A stretch of DNA of 64,000 nt from an uncultured Gammaproteobacteria bacterium (GCA_964536205.1 CAZHVT010000005.1:24076-88075), one strand, 5' to 3'. Positions 27,208-37,955 are shown, counted from the first letter of the stretch. Program-made: numbers and translations. Notes: a model not told the origin generated them from the letters alone.

Positions 27208-28212
27208 TTATGTCCCCTCTTTTATGTAACTTCCCATTTGTTTTACGAGTGATGGAAGTGAGTGTTTTTGTTGTACGATTTCTCGCATATGTTCTGGCGA
27301 TTGTAGTTCTAGATTTAAAATGTATTGCGCGAGAGTTTCTGGTTCGAGATTTTCTGGCCAACTTGGTAAGCCGATTGCTTGTGCATTTTCTGATGATGTT
27401 ATGGTGTTGCATCCACCTGCCATTGCCTCGAGCATTGTTTTGTCGATTGTTCCTTCCGCGAAATTCAGCATTATTTTGTAGGAATTGAAAATGTCTTTAA
27501 GCTCCTCCATTTTTACTGCTGAATTAAAATGCACACGATCTTGGAGATGATGTTTTTGTATGATCTGTTGTAGATCTGCGAGATATTCCGGTTCTTTTAC
27601 ATTTCCGTAAATAGTGAGTGTGTATTTTTCTGGGAGGATTGCGAGCGCTTCGAGCGTTGCGTGAATACGTTTTGTTTGCGAGATTCTGTGAACACTTAAG
27701 AGGTTGTGTTTCGGTTTTCGTTCGTGATCTTGTTTTAATTCCATGTCCCAGAAATCCATATCGATTCCATGACCGATCACAACTTTTTTTGGATTGCCTT
27801 CAAACTCTTCCATTGATGTTGGGGTTGCTGTGAACATTCTTTTGCAGACATAGGGACTCATGCGAAGTGGTGCGTTCATTGCAGGGTGTGTGTACCACAA
27901 ATAAACTGGGATTCCTTTGAGCTGCCAATACCATGCGCCGGCCATGAGGAATTTTGGATTCATGTGCACGAAAACGCGATCGTATTTGAGCGTTGTGATG
28001 AGTTTCCAGAATTCTGCGACTGATTGAACTTTTGCTTTTCCTTTTTCTTTTCCACACGAGTGCACAGAAAAGTTTGCAGTGTGTGTTCCTTTTTCAAAAC
28101 AGATGACTGTTGTGTCGAAGCCCTGGCGGATGAATTCTTGTACCCAAAGAGATGTGAATGCAAAAACGTCGTCATCTTCGTTTATTTTGTGGGTTATGTA
28201 TAAGAGTTTCAT
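27208..28212 (-). CDS. GT-B fold glycosyltransferase (GT1/GT4-like).
   Basis: The C-terminal half contains a degenerate E-x7-E-type block, EGTIDKTMLEAMAGGCNTITS. Confidence 0.45.
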   Translation of the reverse strand: MKLLYITHKINEDDDVFAFTSLWVQEFIRQGFDTTVICFEKGTHTANFSVHSCGKEKGKAKVQSVAEFWKLITTLKYDRVFVHMNPKFLMAGAWYWQLKGIPVYLWYTHPAMNAPLRMSPYVCKRMFTATPTSMEEFEGNPKKVVIGHGIDMDFWDMELKQDHERKPKHNLLSVHRISQTKRIHATLEALAILPEKYTLTIYGNVKEPEYLADLQQIIQKHHLQDRVHFNSAVKMEELKDIFNSYKIMLNFAEGTIDKTMLEAMAGGCNTITSSENAQAIGLPSWPENLEPETLAQYILNLELQSPEHMREIVQQKHSLPSLVKQMGSYIKEGT

Positions 28213-28318
28213 ACGCAGATCATCAACGCTTATTGACAGCGACGATAACTATTATAGTAACGGAAAAATTGGAAATTTTTCCTGTCTTCGTTGATCTTAT
28301 GCGTGATATATAAGAGTT

Positions 28319-29497
28319 TCATACGCTGTGTTCGTGGGGTTTGCGAGCTTCGTTGTTTTCGATTTTAGTAACGCTTTTGAGCACTGTGTTCTCAAAAGCA
28401 GCTCTTTTATGAGGCGCGCTGAACGCTTTGAGAGTTCGCAGTGCGGCTTTTCCATCATGTAAAGGTAGATTTATGGCGCGACGCTTCCATTGCCCTCGGA
28501 GTGCCTTTTTTGTTTGTTGTACGATGTCTTCACGGAATGTTCCAACACATATGTTTGTGCCCTCCATTATAGATTGCATGCGATTTGTTTCGTTTGCAAG
28601 CGTTAAGCATGGTATACCGAGTGCTGACGCTTCATCTTGTACTGATGCTGAATCTGTCAGAACTAGTGCTGCATTTTGTAGTAGATGTAGATGGTCGATA
28701 TATGGCAATCTCTTCAAAGCAATCGGTGCATATTTTGATTTCCATTTTAAATCAAAGGCAGCCGAAATATTTTGTGTATGTGGATGTACGGTACTGACTA
28801 CTGGTAGTATATCATGTATTTCACATGCTGAACCGAAGATTTCTCGTGCACGATTGAAGTGGAGCGTGTTTGCAGGACGATGAAAGGATAACAGTGCATA
28901 GGCTCGCGACTTTACCTCTATCTTCTTTAAAATTTTACTATGCTTTGTGAGGTTCTCGTATTGTAATAATGTATCGATGTGCAAGCCTCCTGTTAGTTCA
29001 CATTTTGATGTATCAATACCCTCTTTTTCTAAATTGTCCATCGCATATTCATCATCGGCACATAGCAGAGTCGCCATGTGATCGGAAAGAATTGCGTATG
29101 CTTCTTCACGAATCCATGATGTGTGATATCTATTTCCGGCACTTAATTTTATTATAGGTTTTTTTGTGAGATGTGCTGCCATGCTTGCTGCGTATGTTGT
29201 GAGACTTTCTCCAATCACACAAACATTATCTGGCTGCGTTTTTTGGATAATGTTTTCACATGCTTTTATTGTTTCAGGAAATGCAAGATCCGGTTGTGTC
29301 TGATCGATGTGTGTTGATTCAAATGGTTGTTCAATTTCAAGCTCTCTGCACAACTTTTCAATCCCGTCATCTGTTCCGATGTATGTATGTTTTATTTCTA
29401 TATCTTGAGCATTCCGAATAAGCGCCGCTGTGCGCACGATGTGAGAACGTGTTCCATTTATAATCAGCATTTTTCTCATACCATCATTTTTTTCCAT
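28319..29497 (-). CDS. UDP-N-acetylglucosamine 2-epimerase family enzyme (WecB/MnaA/NeuC-like).
   Basis: Epimerase_2 architecture, with conserved blocks around HIDTLL, PVVSTVHPHT and LVLTDSASVQDEASALGIPCLTL. Confidence 0.65.
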   Translation of the reverse strand: MEKNDGMRKMLIINGTRSHIVRTAALIRNAQDIEIKHTYIGTDDGIEKLCRELEIEQPFESTHIDQTQPDLAFPETIKACENIIQKTQPDNVCVIGESLTTYAASMAAHLTKKPIIKLSAGNRYHTSWIREEAYAILSDHMATLLCADDEYAMDNLEKEGIDTSKCELTGGLHIDTLLQYENLTKHSKILKKIEVKSRAYALLSFHRPANTLHFNRAREIFGSACEIHDILPVVSTVHPHTQNISAAFDLKWKSKYAPIALKRLPYIDHLHLLQNAALVLTDSASVQDEASALGIPCLTLANETNRMQSIMEGTNICVGTFREDIVQQTKKALRGQWKRRAINLPLHDGKAALRTLKAFSAPHKRAAFENTVLKSVTKIENNEARKPHEHSV

Positions 29498-30567
29498 GCA
29501 TTTATCATAACTACTTGTGCGTCTTTTTCTTGTGCAAGGGATTCAAAATCCTGACGAGCTTGGTGTGCTAACTGTGCAGCGTATTCTTTCTTTTCATATA
29601 GTTCTATAACTGCTTCTGCGAGCGCTCCTGCGTCATTTTCCGGGACCACTAATCCATTGTGACGATGTTTTATGATTTCTCCTGCAACACCCACATCTGT
29701 CATGACTATCGGTTTTTTGTGTGACATTGCTTCGATTGCAACTCTCCCCCAACCTTCTGTGTGCGATGGAATTACCACAACATCTGCATGAGCGTAGTAG
29801 TGCGCGAGATCTCGCTTGTACCCATGTAAGTGAATTGATTCTGCAATACCAATACTTTTTGCGCTGGCTAGAATTTCATTTTTTTGTGGGCCATCTCCGA
29901 TTACTAAACATTGTGCTCCTGGAATGCTCCCGCAGATGTAAGGCATTGCTCTGGTGAGTAGTGTTACATTTTTTTCTTTTGTAAGACGCGACACCACAAG
30001 AACGGTGAATTTTTCATGTGATTCATGGTTTGTCATTTCTGATGTGCTTTGTGCGGCGACTGGCGTGACAGTTATTTTATCTTCTGAAACTCCTTTTTCA
30101 ATCAAACTTTTTTTGATTCTTTGTGATACAACTCGGATGCTTTGAGCTCGCTTCAAGACAAAGAGTCCGATTTTGGCTCGGATTTTATTTATCTTAGATT
30201 GATTTCTCCAAAATGAGTTTCCATAGAAATCTCCGTGAAGTTGAACTTCGAGTTTTGCATTATTTTTTCGTGCGACAAGCCATGCAACAAAGCCGCTTTC
30301 AAATGGTTCTTGTGAGCTGATGATATGTGCGTTGTATTTTTTTGCCCATTGTGAGAGCGTTTTGTATGCCTTCCACAATCTTGCCACTGGGTTTCCCATA
30401 AAACCGGTTGCGATGAATGGACCGTGTTCTGTTTTTTCTTCTTCGCAATTTGAAAGTACAATCACCCCCAACATTGAAACGTCTGCAGCATAACGACTCA
30501 TGCGTTCGTATGATTCTGTTTCCTTATTTAGAATTTTTTTGTCGAAGCTAAGAAGGAGTACGTTCAT
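29476..30567 (-). CDS. GT4 glycosyltransferase.
   Basis: EGWGRVAIEAMSHKKPIVMTDVGVAGEII (E-x7-E). Confidence 0.7.
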   Translation of the reverse strand: MNVLLLSFDKKILNKETESYERMSRYAADVSMLGVIVLSNCEEEKTEHGPFIATGFMGNPVARLWKAYKTLSQWAKKYNAHIISSQEPFESGFVAWLVARKNNAKLEVQLHGDFYGNSFWRNQSKINKIRAKIGLFVLKRAQSIRVVSQRIKKSLIEKGVSEDKITVTPVAAQSTSEMTNHESHEKFTVLVVSRLTKEKNVTLLTRAMPYICGSIPGAQCLVIGDGPQKNEILASAKSIGIAESIHLHGYKRDLAHYYAHADVVVIPSHTEGWGRVAIEAMSHKKPIVMTDVGVAGEIIKHRHNGLVVPENDAGALAEAVIELYEKKEYAAQLAHQARQDFESLAQEKDAQVVMINAWKKMMV

Positions 30568-32851
30568 AACTTTTCATAAGTAAGTCGATTGTGTTAGTCA
30601 TCATTGTTTCTCGTGAGAAGCGTGCTGTGTCTTCATGTCCTGTTATTGCCAGTTGTTGTGCTAGTTCATTTTCAGTCACCATCATGCGAATTGATTTTAG
30701 AAGTGTCAGGTTGTCGTTAAGATCTACAAGCAGTCCGCTTTTCTTGTGTTCAACTACTTCTACATTTCCGCCAGCGCGTGATGCAACAATTGGAAGCCTT
30801 GAGAATTGTGCTTCAATCAAAACATGTGGCAATCCTTCATAATCGCTATACAACACAAATACTTGAGATTTTTTCATCGCCCAAGCAACCTGCGCGTGAG
30901 GCCGCGCTCCCATGAAATGAACGCGCTCGTTCACATTGTGCTTTGTTGCTGTTTCTTCTAACTCTTGCGCCATTGGGCCATCTCCCACAATTACACATTG
31001 TACATTTGTAATTTCGCGAGCAAGGGGCTCGAGAACTCTGATGACTTTGTCGATTCCCTTCCACGGCACAAGCCTCCCCACATACAAAACCACCGGTCCT
31101 TCTGGCCAATTTTCTATTTCTTCATTTTTTTCTGGAAGATGTGCTGCGTTATACACTACTTTTATTTTTTCAGGATCTACTCCCCACTTTGTGATGATGT
31201 TTTTAAGATAGTGACTTGGTGTGATAATTGTTTTTGCGCCGCGTGCCACCCATCGAGATAGCATTCTGACAATTTCTACTTTCAGTCCATATCGCTTCCC
31301 ATCAAAGTTATCAAGGATATCATCACATTCTCCATAGTTTCGAGCTCGCTCCCATGCTGGATCTCCCACAACTTTTAGGATCATTGGACGACGAGTTAGT
31401 ATGTGAACAATTCGAGCCGGAAATCCTGTGGACATTGAATCTTGTACGTAGATGAGATCAGATGCTTTTGCTGCTTTTTTCAGTGCGCGTGTATATTTCC
31501 AATATCTTGTTAATACTGATCTGTTTCTGTTTATGAATGTTATGGTCGTGTTGTTATCAAATCTTGTGTCATCTTTTTCGCCAAATGAAACCACTTGAGT
31601 TTCAACTCCGTTTTTTGATAGTTCATTGGCGAGAGATGCTACATATGTCGCAGGCCCTCCTGGATCTGGAGGGAAAATTCCTGTTGCGATGAGGATTTTT
31701 GGTTGCATCATTTCATCGTATGTATTTCGATATTGCTTTGCGATTGTTGACCATTCAAAGTTCTTGATTAACTCACGCGCGTTTGAAATGCATGATTCTC
31801 GTAAATTTTTATTTTGCAGTATTCGTACAATCGCTTCTGCAAATTCGTCTGTATCCTTTGGAGTGCACAATAATCCTGTGTGTTCATGTATGACAACATC
31901 AGGAATTCCACCAACATTACTTGCAACAACAGGAACGCCCAGTGCGAATGCTTCGAGTGCTGCGATTCCCAAGCCTTCTCCATGTGATGGCACAACTGCA
32001 ACTGATGCTTTTGCTAGGATTGCCATTGCTTGCTCGTGCGGCAATCTTCCATAAAGTGTAACTTTATTTTTCAGTCCTAACGTTTCAATGAGAGCTTCTG
32101 TTTCGCCTCGCTGTGCACCATCACCCACAAGATGCAATGTTGCATCAGGGATCTCTAGAGATATTTTTTTAAATGCTGTCACCAAATCCATGATGCCTTT
32201 TTCTGGTGACAGTCTTGCAACAGCTGCAATACTGTTTGGAATTTTTGCTTTCTCACTTTCTTGCTTCTTAATGTATTCCAATTTTCCGAGCGCAACTCCA
32301 TTTGGAATAATTTCAATGCTTCGAGCGCCTAGTTGCGCTGCTCGAGCTGAAAGGAAGTTGGATATTGCAGTTATTCGATTAGGTGTATTGTGAATTTTTC
32401 TCCACAACCATCCTGGAATAATTCCTTTTGCTGCTTTGTCGTCGAGATCACCACTTTGCAATGTTAAAATTCTGCGTGATCGTCGTGATAGCATCCCAAT
32501 AAACCATAATGCGATTCCTGCATAACTTTCCATGACTGCGTGGATGATATCTGGTTTGAGTCTCAAGGTTTTAAATGGTGCCAAAATTGGAAATAACCAT
32601 TTATCGAATTTGAATCCTAAACCGACACGTATGATGACGTATCGACCACGATTATCGACGCGTGGCAAATCTCTTGACAATCGAGCTGTAATAATAGTAA
32701 ATGCATGTGAATCTTTTCGACCCAAACGATTGACGATTTCCTCGACACACATTTCAGCCCCTGACATGAAGGGGTCGAAGAACGTTGATAAAATGGCTAC
32801 ATGTACAGGTTTTTTGGCCATACTCTTACTTGCGTTATTCGCAGTTTGCAC
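30548..32851 (-). CDS. Tandem GT4-GT4 double-domain glycosyltransferase.
   Basis: Two complete GT-B units, each with its own E-x7-E motif: SHGEGLGIAALEAFALGVPVV and DYEGLPHVLIEAQFSRLPIVA. Confidence 0.65.
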   Translation of the reverse strand: MQTANNASKSMAKKPVHVAILSTFFDPFMSGAEMCVEEIVNRLGRKDSHAFTIITARLSRDLPRVDNRGRYVIIRVGLGFKFDKWLFPILAPFKTLRLKPDIIHAVMESYAGIALWFIGMLSRRSRRILTLQSGDLDDKAAKGIIPGWLWRKIHNTPNRITAISNFLSARAAQLGARSIEIIPNGVALGKLEYIKKQESEKAKIPNSIAAVARLSPEKGIMDLVTAFKKISLEIPDATLHLVGDGAQRGETEALIETLGLKNKVTLYGRLPHEQAMAILAKASVAVVPSHGEGLGIAALEAFALGVPVVASNVGGIPDVVIHEHTGLLCTPKDTDEFAEAIVRILQNKNLRESCISNARELIKNFEWSTIAKQYRNTYDEMMQPKILIATGIFPPDPGGPATYVASLANELSKNGVETQVVSFGEKDDTRFDNNTTITFINRNRSVLTRYWKYTRALKKAAKASDLIYVQDSMSTGFPARIVHILTRRPMILKVVGDPAWERARNYGECDDILDNFDGKRYGLKVEIVRMLSRWVARGAKTIITPSHYLKNIITKWGVDPEKIKVVYNAAHLPEKNEEIENWPEGPVVLYVGRLVPWKGIDKVIRVLEPLAREITNVQCVIVGDGPMAQELEETATKHNVNERVHFMGARPHAQVAWAMKKSQVFVLYSDYEGLPHVLIEAQFSRLPIVASRAGGNVEVVEHKKSGLLVDLNDNLTLLKSIRMMVTENELAQQLAITGHEDTARFSRETMMTNTIDLLMKSYERTPS

Positions 32852-32889
32852 GTATTATGGTGTAAAGTTAGATAAAAGTCAATTGGTGT

Positions 32890-33010
32890 TCGTAATGCGT
32901 AATTCGTAAAGCGTCATGCGGGCAATGAGTCGCCAGAGGCGACATATTTATACAGCGCCTGCGGCGATTCCTTATACCTCTTTACGCGTTACTCTTTAAC
33001 GCCTTACTAT
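32890..33010. repeat. Family B element between divergent genes. Arms CGTAATGCGTAATTCGTAAAGCGTCATGCG / CTCTTTACGCGTTACTCTTTAACGCCTTAC flank the GC hairpins GTCGCC-AGAG-GCGAC and CGCC-TGC-GGCG. A T-run and the ATG at 33016 follow.
   Basis: Direct reading. Confidence 0.75.
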
Positions 33011-33015
33011 TTTTT

Positions 33016-34002
33016 ATGAACATCCTCATTACCGGCTCAAGTGGTGAAATTGGTACAAATTTAGGTCTGAAATTGCTCGATCGTGGAGATCGTGTTTTTG
33101 GTGTCGATAAACGAATGAATACATGGACGGATCGTATTCCGACCTTACTCCAAGATCTCTCACAGCGTTTTCACAACTTTGTCGGTGGGATTGGTGCAGC
33201 GAGTTATCCAAAACCTGACGTTGTTGTTCATTTAGCAGCAAATGCAAAAGTGCATGAGTTGGTTGTTGATCCGCAGCGTGCGTTGGATAATATTATTTTG
33301 ACATTTAATGTTTTGGAGTATTGTCGTGCTAACAATGTTCCTATTATTTTTGGAAGTTCTCGTGAAGTGTATGGTGATATTCATCGATTTGAAACTAAGC
33401 GAGAGGAAGTCAAAGAACCTTCTGCTGATTTTGTATTTACTGAAAGTACGTATTCTGCGAGTAAGGTTTCTGGTGAGTCGTTGATCTATTCATACGCACA
33501 GTGCTACGACATTCCATATATTGTTTTTCGTTTTTCAAATGTGTATGGTCGTTTTGATAATGACATTGAGCGAATGGAGCGCGTGATTCCTTTGTTCATC
33601 AACAAGATTGAGAAGGGAGAACAAATTACTATTTATGGAGCGGAGAAAACTCTGGACTTTACGTATGTTGATGATACGGTTCAGGGATTGATTAAGGGTA
33701 TTGATGCGCTGACTTCAAAGCGAGTTGTTAATAAAACTATGAACCTTGCGTGTGGTTCTGGATATACGTTAGTTCAGATGGCGAACTTTATCGCTGAGAA
33801 TTTAGGTAAGACAATTAATCCAATTATTGAGCCAACTCGTCCGGGTGAAATTACGTATTATGTTGCTGATATCACAGCAGCTCGAGAACTGATTGGATTT
33901 GAACCTACTACAACATTGCCAGAAGGAATCAAGAAGGCTATCACATGGCAGAGAGAATTTGCTGGATCAACTGAACCAGTTATTGAAAAAGAACTAGCGT
34001 AA
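33016..34002 (+). CDS. NAD-dependent epimerase/dehydratase (UDP-sugar 4-epimerase-like SDR).
   Basis: ILITGSSGEIGTNL Rossmann motif and YSASK catalytic motif. Confidence 0.7.
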   Translation: MNILITGSSGEIGTNLGLKLLDRGDRVFGVDKRMNTWTDRIPTLLQDLSQRFHNFVGGIGAASYPKPDVVVHLAANAKVHELVVDPQRALDNIILTFNVLEYCRANNVPIIFGSSREVYGDIHRFETKREEVKEPSADFVFTESTYSASKVSGESLIYSYAQCYDIPYIVFRFSNVYGRFDNDIERMERVIPLFINKIEKGEQITIYGAEKTLDFTYVDDTVQGLIKGIDALTSKRVVNKTMNLACGSGYTLVQMANFIAENLGKTINPIIEPTRPGEITYYVADITAARELIGFEPTTTLPEGIKKAITWQREFAGSTEPVIEKELA

Positions 34003-34003
34003 T

Positions 34004-35233
34004 ATGTCTGATGCAGGAGGAAAACCACTTGTCTTGCACATCATCACACAAGCTGAATTTGGTGGTGCGCAAAAGTATGTTTTTGATGTTGCGACGGGAT
34101 TGTCCGATCGCTATCGTACTATTATTGCGAGTGGTCAGATTTCAATTTCTAAGGAGTTGTTAGTGCGCGCTGCTCATGCTGGAATTGAAACTGTTGAGCT
34201 CAAGCATGTTGTTCGTTCAATTTCACCACTTTACGATCCTATTGGATATCGTGAGATTGTGAAATTGATTGAGCGTATTCGTCCTGACATTATTCATTTG
34301 CATGCATCTAAGATGAGTGTGTTGGGTTCGATGGCTGCAGCGAAAATTACTCGACGTTACAAGAAAAAAGGAGGGTATCGACCAAAGGTTGTGTATACAG
34401 CGCATGGTTGGGTGTTCACTGAAAAGATTTCAACACTCAAGCGCTGGTTTTATATTTGGGCTGAAAAATTTATGAGCAGAATGAAGGATGCGATTATTGT
34501 GCTTTCTCGAGTTGATAAAGATTTGGCGTATGAGCACGGCATCATGCCAAAGAAGAAAATCTATATTATCAATAACGGAGTTGATATTCCGGAATCTGAT
34601 TTTCTGTCCAAATCTGAAGCTCGGCATGTTTTGCATAGAAAACTGCATCGAATGCAACCGCCAAAACCACTCGATAAGAAAAATTTTTGGATTGGAACTA
34701 TAGCAAATTTGTACCCTAACAAGGGACTGTCGAATTTGATTGAGGCTGTGGGAATAGTGAATAATCAGATTGATGACACGCAATACGATGCGCATGTACA
34801 GTCTGTGATTATTGGTGATGGTATGTTGCGCGGAGAATTAACTGAAGATATTTCGTCACGCGATCTTCAGGATTTTGTTTTTTTAGCCGGGGCTGTTCCT
34901 GATGCATACAAATATTTGCGAGCGTTTGATTTGTTTGTTTTGCCATCATTAAAGGAAGGAATTCCATTTGTTTTGCTTGAAGCCATGTCCGCCGGAGTTC
35001 CCATCGTCGCATCTTCAGTTGGAGCGATTCCTGAAATTTTGGAAGATCGTAAGACAGCGATTTTAGTGGAACCGGGAAATGCAACACAACTTGCTGAACA
35101 TATTCATGAGTTAATGCATCACGAAACATTGTCTTCTGAATTAGCAAAAGCTGCGCATGAGCACGTTACAAAAAAACTAACCGCCTCAAAGATGATTGAA
35201 GCGGTTGATCGTGTGTATCAAGATTTATTGTAA
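34004..35233 (+). CDS. GT4 glycosyltransferase.
   Basis: LKEGIPFVLLEAMSAGVPIVASSVGAIPEIL. Confidence 0.7.
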   Translation: MSDAGGKPLVLHIITQAEFGGAQKYVFDVATGLSDRYRTIIASGQISISKELLVRAAHAGIETVELKHVVRSISPLYDPIGYREIVKLIERIRPDIIHLHASKMSVLGSMAAAKITRRYKKKGGYRPKVVYTAHGWVFTEKISTLKRWFYIWAEKFMSRMKDAIIVLSRVDKDLAYEHGIMPKKKIYIINNGVDIPESDFLSKSEARHVLHRKLHRMQPPKPLDKKNFWIGTIANLYPNKGLSNLIEAVGIVNNQIDDTQYDAHVQSVIIGDGMLRGELTEDISSRDLQDFVFLAGAVPDAYKYLRAFDLFVLPSLKEGIPFVLLEAMSAGVPIVASSVGAIPEILEDRKTAILVEPGNATQLAEHIHELMHHETLSSELAKAAHEHVTKKLTASKMIEAVDRVYQDLL

Positions 35234-35244
35234 GATTTATCTCA

Positions 35245-37827
35245 TCAGCCTGATTTCAATTCTCGAGATAGTGGACAGTCTTCATCCCAACGTGCTGGCA
35301 TTTTTGTCAGTTTTTTTGATTTTCCAGTTTCAAATACACATCTTAAAAATCCATCTGGGTTGATGTCGTCTATGTGGTTTTCAAAGTAGGGCTCCATCAT
35401 TTTGTATGCTTCTTCGTCTTGTGCGTATCCCGCCGCAAACAAGACTTCCTCATAATTTTGATATGTCCATGAATCTTTTCTTTCTACAATATACGCATTG
35501 AATAAAGCTTGGGTCTCCTCACTTGTGATTGCTATTTCTGGTTTTGTGAGAAATTCCGCGAACTGCTCGGTTTTGTCAGGATAACGTGCTTTGATTTGTA
35601 GTCCGATTTCGTGTGCCTTTTGATGATATCCAAAATTTTTCCATGTTTGCGCCTCTCGAATATATATTTCTGGTGTCACCCTCTGTCCAGCATTCTCAAT
35701 CATGAGTATAAGCTGACGAATGAACCGGGGTTCATGAAATCCATTCTCTGCGATGACTCGAGAGAGAAGATCTAAATCCAGAGCGCTTGTTGGTACAAAC
35801 TCTTGAAGTATAATTCCTCGATATACATCTTCCCATGCATCTGCTTTGTCTCCAGCACCATACTTAACTTTCCCCCGCTCCCACCAGACTCGGCCTACTG
35901 TGTCGTTGATAGCTATTGCTTGATCTATAAGTTCTAGTGCGCGATCTGTTTGTCCATTTTTTGCATATAGACTTGAGGCAATGAGATATAGCTGCTGTCG
36001 ATTTGGTGAGCGTTCTAGAATCTGCTGAAAACGCTCTTCAACAAACTGTTCCCATTTTGGATCGGGAAACATAAACGATGCGAGGTCAATCTCAATAAGT
36101 GCGATGTGTAATTCATTTGGTTGATTTTGATATGCTTCGTTTAATCCTTCGAGTGTTAGCTCGACAATCTCTTTGAGCTCTTCTTTTGGATACTGTTGTT
36201 GCCATATTGGTAATCGTCCATGAACCTTTCGTCCAATGTCCAGACGTATATCTGCGATATGCGGAGTTTCAAATTCATACGAAGCTTTGATGAGTTGTTT
36301 TGCATTGACTGGACCTTGTTGATGCAATGCTGCCAATACTTTCAGGACAGCTGCGTTTGCTTGGGATGGTTTGATGTTGATCTCAAAAATAAATGCTAGT
36401 GCAACCACGGAAACAATGGCGCATGTTATCCCAATTTTTTTTGACTGCGCTGGGGATGTGTGTTCCTCGTATACTCTTTTTGGTCTTGTGATTTCGTAAA
36501 TGAATGCGAGTGTTAGGAAAAGTGTTATGAATGAAATTGGGGTATCAAATACAAACATCTTGGAAAAGAAATCTGTAAATAAAAGTGCATAGCCTGCGTA
36601 TATTTTCTTTTTGTGTGCAGGATTTTCTTCTTTAAGTCGCCATAACATCATGAATGCTGCGATGTATAATCCTAGATAGCCGATGATTCCGAAAATTCCG
36701 GCGGTTGCTAATGTATTGAAAAGTACGTTATGAGCATTATCAAACCAAGATTCATAATATGAGTTTGATAGTGATTCTGGAATGAGATGTTTGTTGAATG
36801 CTGCGTAGAAATTTTCATGACCCCACCCGAAAAGTGGTTTTTCTTTCCATGCTGAAACTGATGTTTTCCATGCTGCGATTCGCGGACCGGAATCGCTTGT
36901 GATATCTGCCAATCGACTTACTCCTCTAACTTTTTTTAGAGCATCGTTTGCCGGAGAAAACCACACTATTCCAACCACTATAATAATAAGAGCTACAATT
37001 CGTATCCCCCATTTTCTGACGTGAGTGTGTTCTTTGAGAACCGCGATTAATCCGGTGACAAAAATTCCCGCAAGAAGACCAAGAATCGCGCCACGACTTC
37101 CAGAATACAATAAGAGCAATCCACTAAGCGCTATGATTGCCCCGAGTAGTGTTTTTTTGAATTTGTTTTTTTCTAGGAAGAACAGCATGGCTGCGACGAT
37201 CATACTGATTGCCATGAAGTTTCCGAGATAAATGAAATTACCAAGTGTTGAAAAAACCCTTCCTCCGCCTTCGTTGAATAAAACTCCGTTTCCGTATCGT
37301 TGAGCTAATCCGACAATTGATATAACGACTGATATGAGCATGAAGATCCACCACAATGATCTCCACCCAATCAATTTAATAGCTGTTGCTCTTTCTCCTT
37401 TCCATCCCCGAACTGAAAGCCCAATGAGAAAAAACCACAGTGCGTAATGCATGATTGAGATGAGTCCAAGCATACGCTCATGTCCACCCCAAAATGATCT
37501 GTGTGGATCTACTCCAAAAAAAGAGGAAAGTCCGAGAGATATAATATACAGAATTACCGCGTAGTGAATGAGTGATAACTTGTATCGAATTTGTTTGTTA
37601 TATAATGCGACGATTATTAGACATGCGGCTGCTATTATAGTCACTACACGCAGGAAAATCACCTTTGGAAAGATGAAGGGGAAAATGAATTTTGATGGAA
37701 TTACGATGAGTGGTGTGAGGAGCGCGACCAATACATATGCTGCACCTACTAAATACAATAAACGAAGACCCTTGTTTTTGGGTCTTTTTTCTGGGGATTT
37801 CTGAGTATCTGTGGTATCTGTGTTCAT
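35245..37827 (-). CDS. O-antigen ligase family (Wzy_C; WaaL/PglL-like) polytopic membrane protein with a C-terminal TPR-repeat domain.
   Basis: Wzy_C hallmarks SGSRGAILGLLAG, FGWGHENF, NAHNVLFNTLATAGIFG. About 12 TM helices, then a soluble helical-repeat domain. It is a paralogue of the three genes at 40205..46933. Confidence 0.65.
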   Translation of the reverse strand: MNTDTTDTQKSPEKRPKNKGLRLLYLVGAAYVLVALLTPLIVIPSKFIFPFIFPKVIFLRVVTIIAAACLIIVALYNKQIRYKLSLIHYAVILYIISLGLSSFFGVDPHRSFWGGHERMLGLISIMHYALWFFLIGLSVRGWKGERATAIKLIGWRSLWWIFMLISVVISIVGLAQRYGNGVLFNEGGGRVFSTLGNFIYLGNFMAISMIVAAMLFFLEKNKFKKTLLGAIIALSGLLLLYSGSRGAILGLLAGIFVTGLIAVLKEHTHVRKWGIRIVALIIIVVGIVWFSPANDALKKVRGVSRLADITSDSGPRIAAWKTSVSAWKEKPLFGWGHENFYAAFNKHLIPESLSNSYYESWFDNAHNVLFNTLATAGIFGIIGYLGLYIAAFMMLWRLKEENPAHKKKIYAGYALLFTDFFSKMFVFDTPISFITLFLTLAFIYEITRPKRVYEEHTSPAQSKKIGITCAIVSVVALAFIFEINIKPSQANAAVLKVLAALHQQGPVNAKQLIKASYEFETPHIADIRLDIGRKVHGRLPIWQQQYPKEELKEIVELTLEGLNEAYQNQPNELHIALIEIDLASFMFPDPKWEQFVEERFQQILERSPNRQQLYLIASSLYAKNGQTDRALELIDQAIAINDTVGRVWWERGKVKYGAGDKADAWEDVYRGIILQEFVPTSALDLDLLSRVIAENGFHEPRFIRQLILMIENAGQRVTPEIYIREAQTWKNFGYHQKAHEIGLQIKARYPDKTEQFAEFLTKPEIAITSEETQALFNAYIVERKDSWTYQNYEEVLFAAGYAQDEEAYKMMEPYFENHIDDINPDGFLRCVFETGKSKKLTKMPARWDEDCPLSRELKSG

Positions 37828-37870
37828 GAGAGACAGTATAGCATATATTCCATTTTTTGATGTTAATGCC

Positions 37871-37899
37871 TTGACAATCGAGGTTTTCTGTGCTAAATT
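37871..37899 (+). promoter_or_regulatory. Sigma70-type promoter TTGACA-N17-TAAATT, with an AAAGGGGGTG Shine-Dalgarno 5 nt before the ATG at 37956.
   Basis: Direct reading. Confidence 0.4.
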
Positions 37900-37955
37900 A
37901 CAGGCACGTAGCGTTCATTAAAACGTGAATTAGAACTTCAAAAAGGGGGTGCTTC

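Noticed and set aside
17765-28378. Exact 16-mer CGATTTTAGTAACGCT shared between the intergenic spacer at 17765 and the coding 3' end of the wecB-like gene at 28362.
   Set aside because: A single 16-mer match is within chance expectation for an AT-rich 64-kb window, and one copy is coding. It is noted only because GTAACGC k-mers recur in the intergenic elements.
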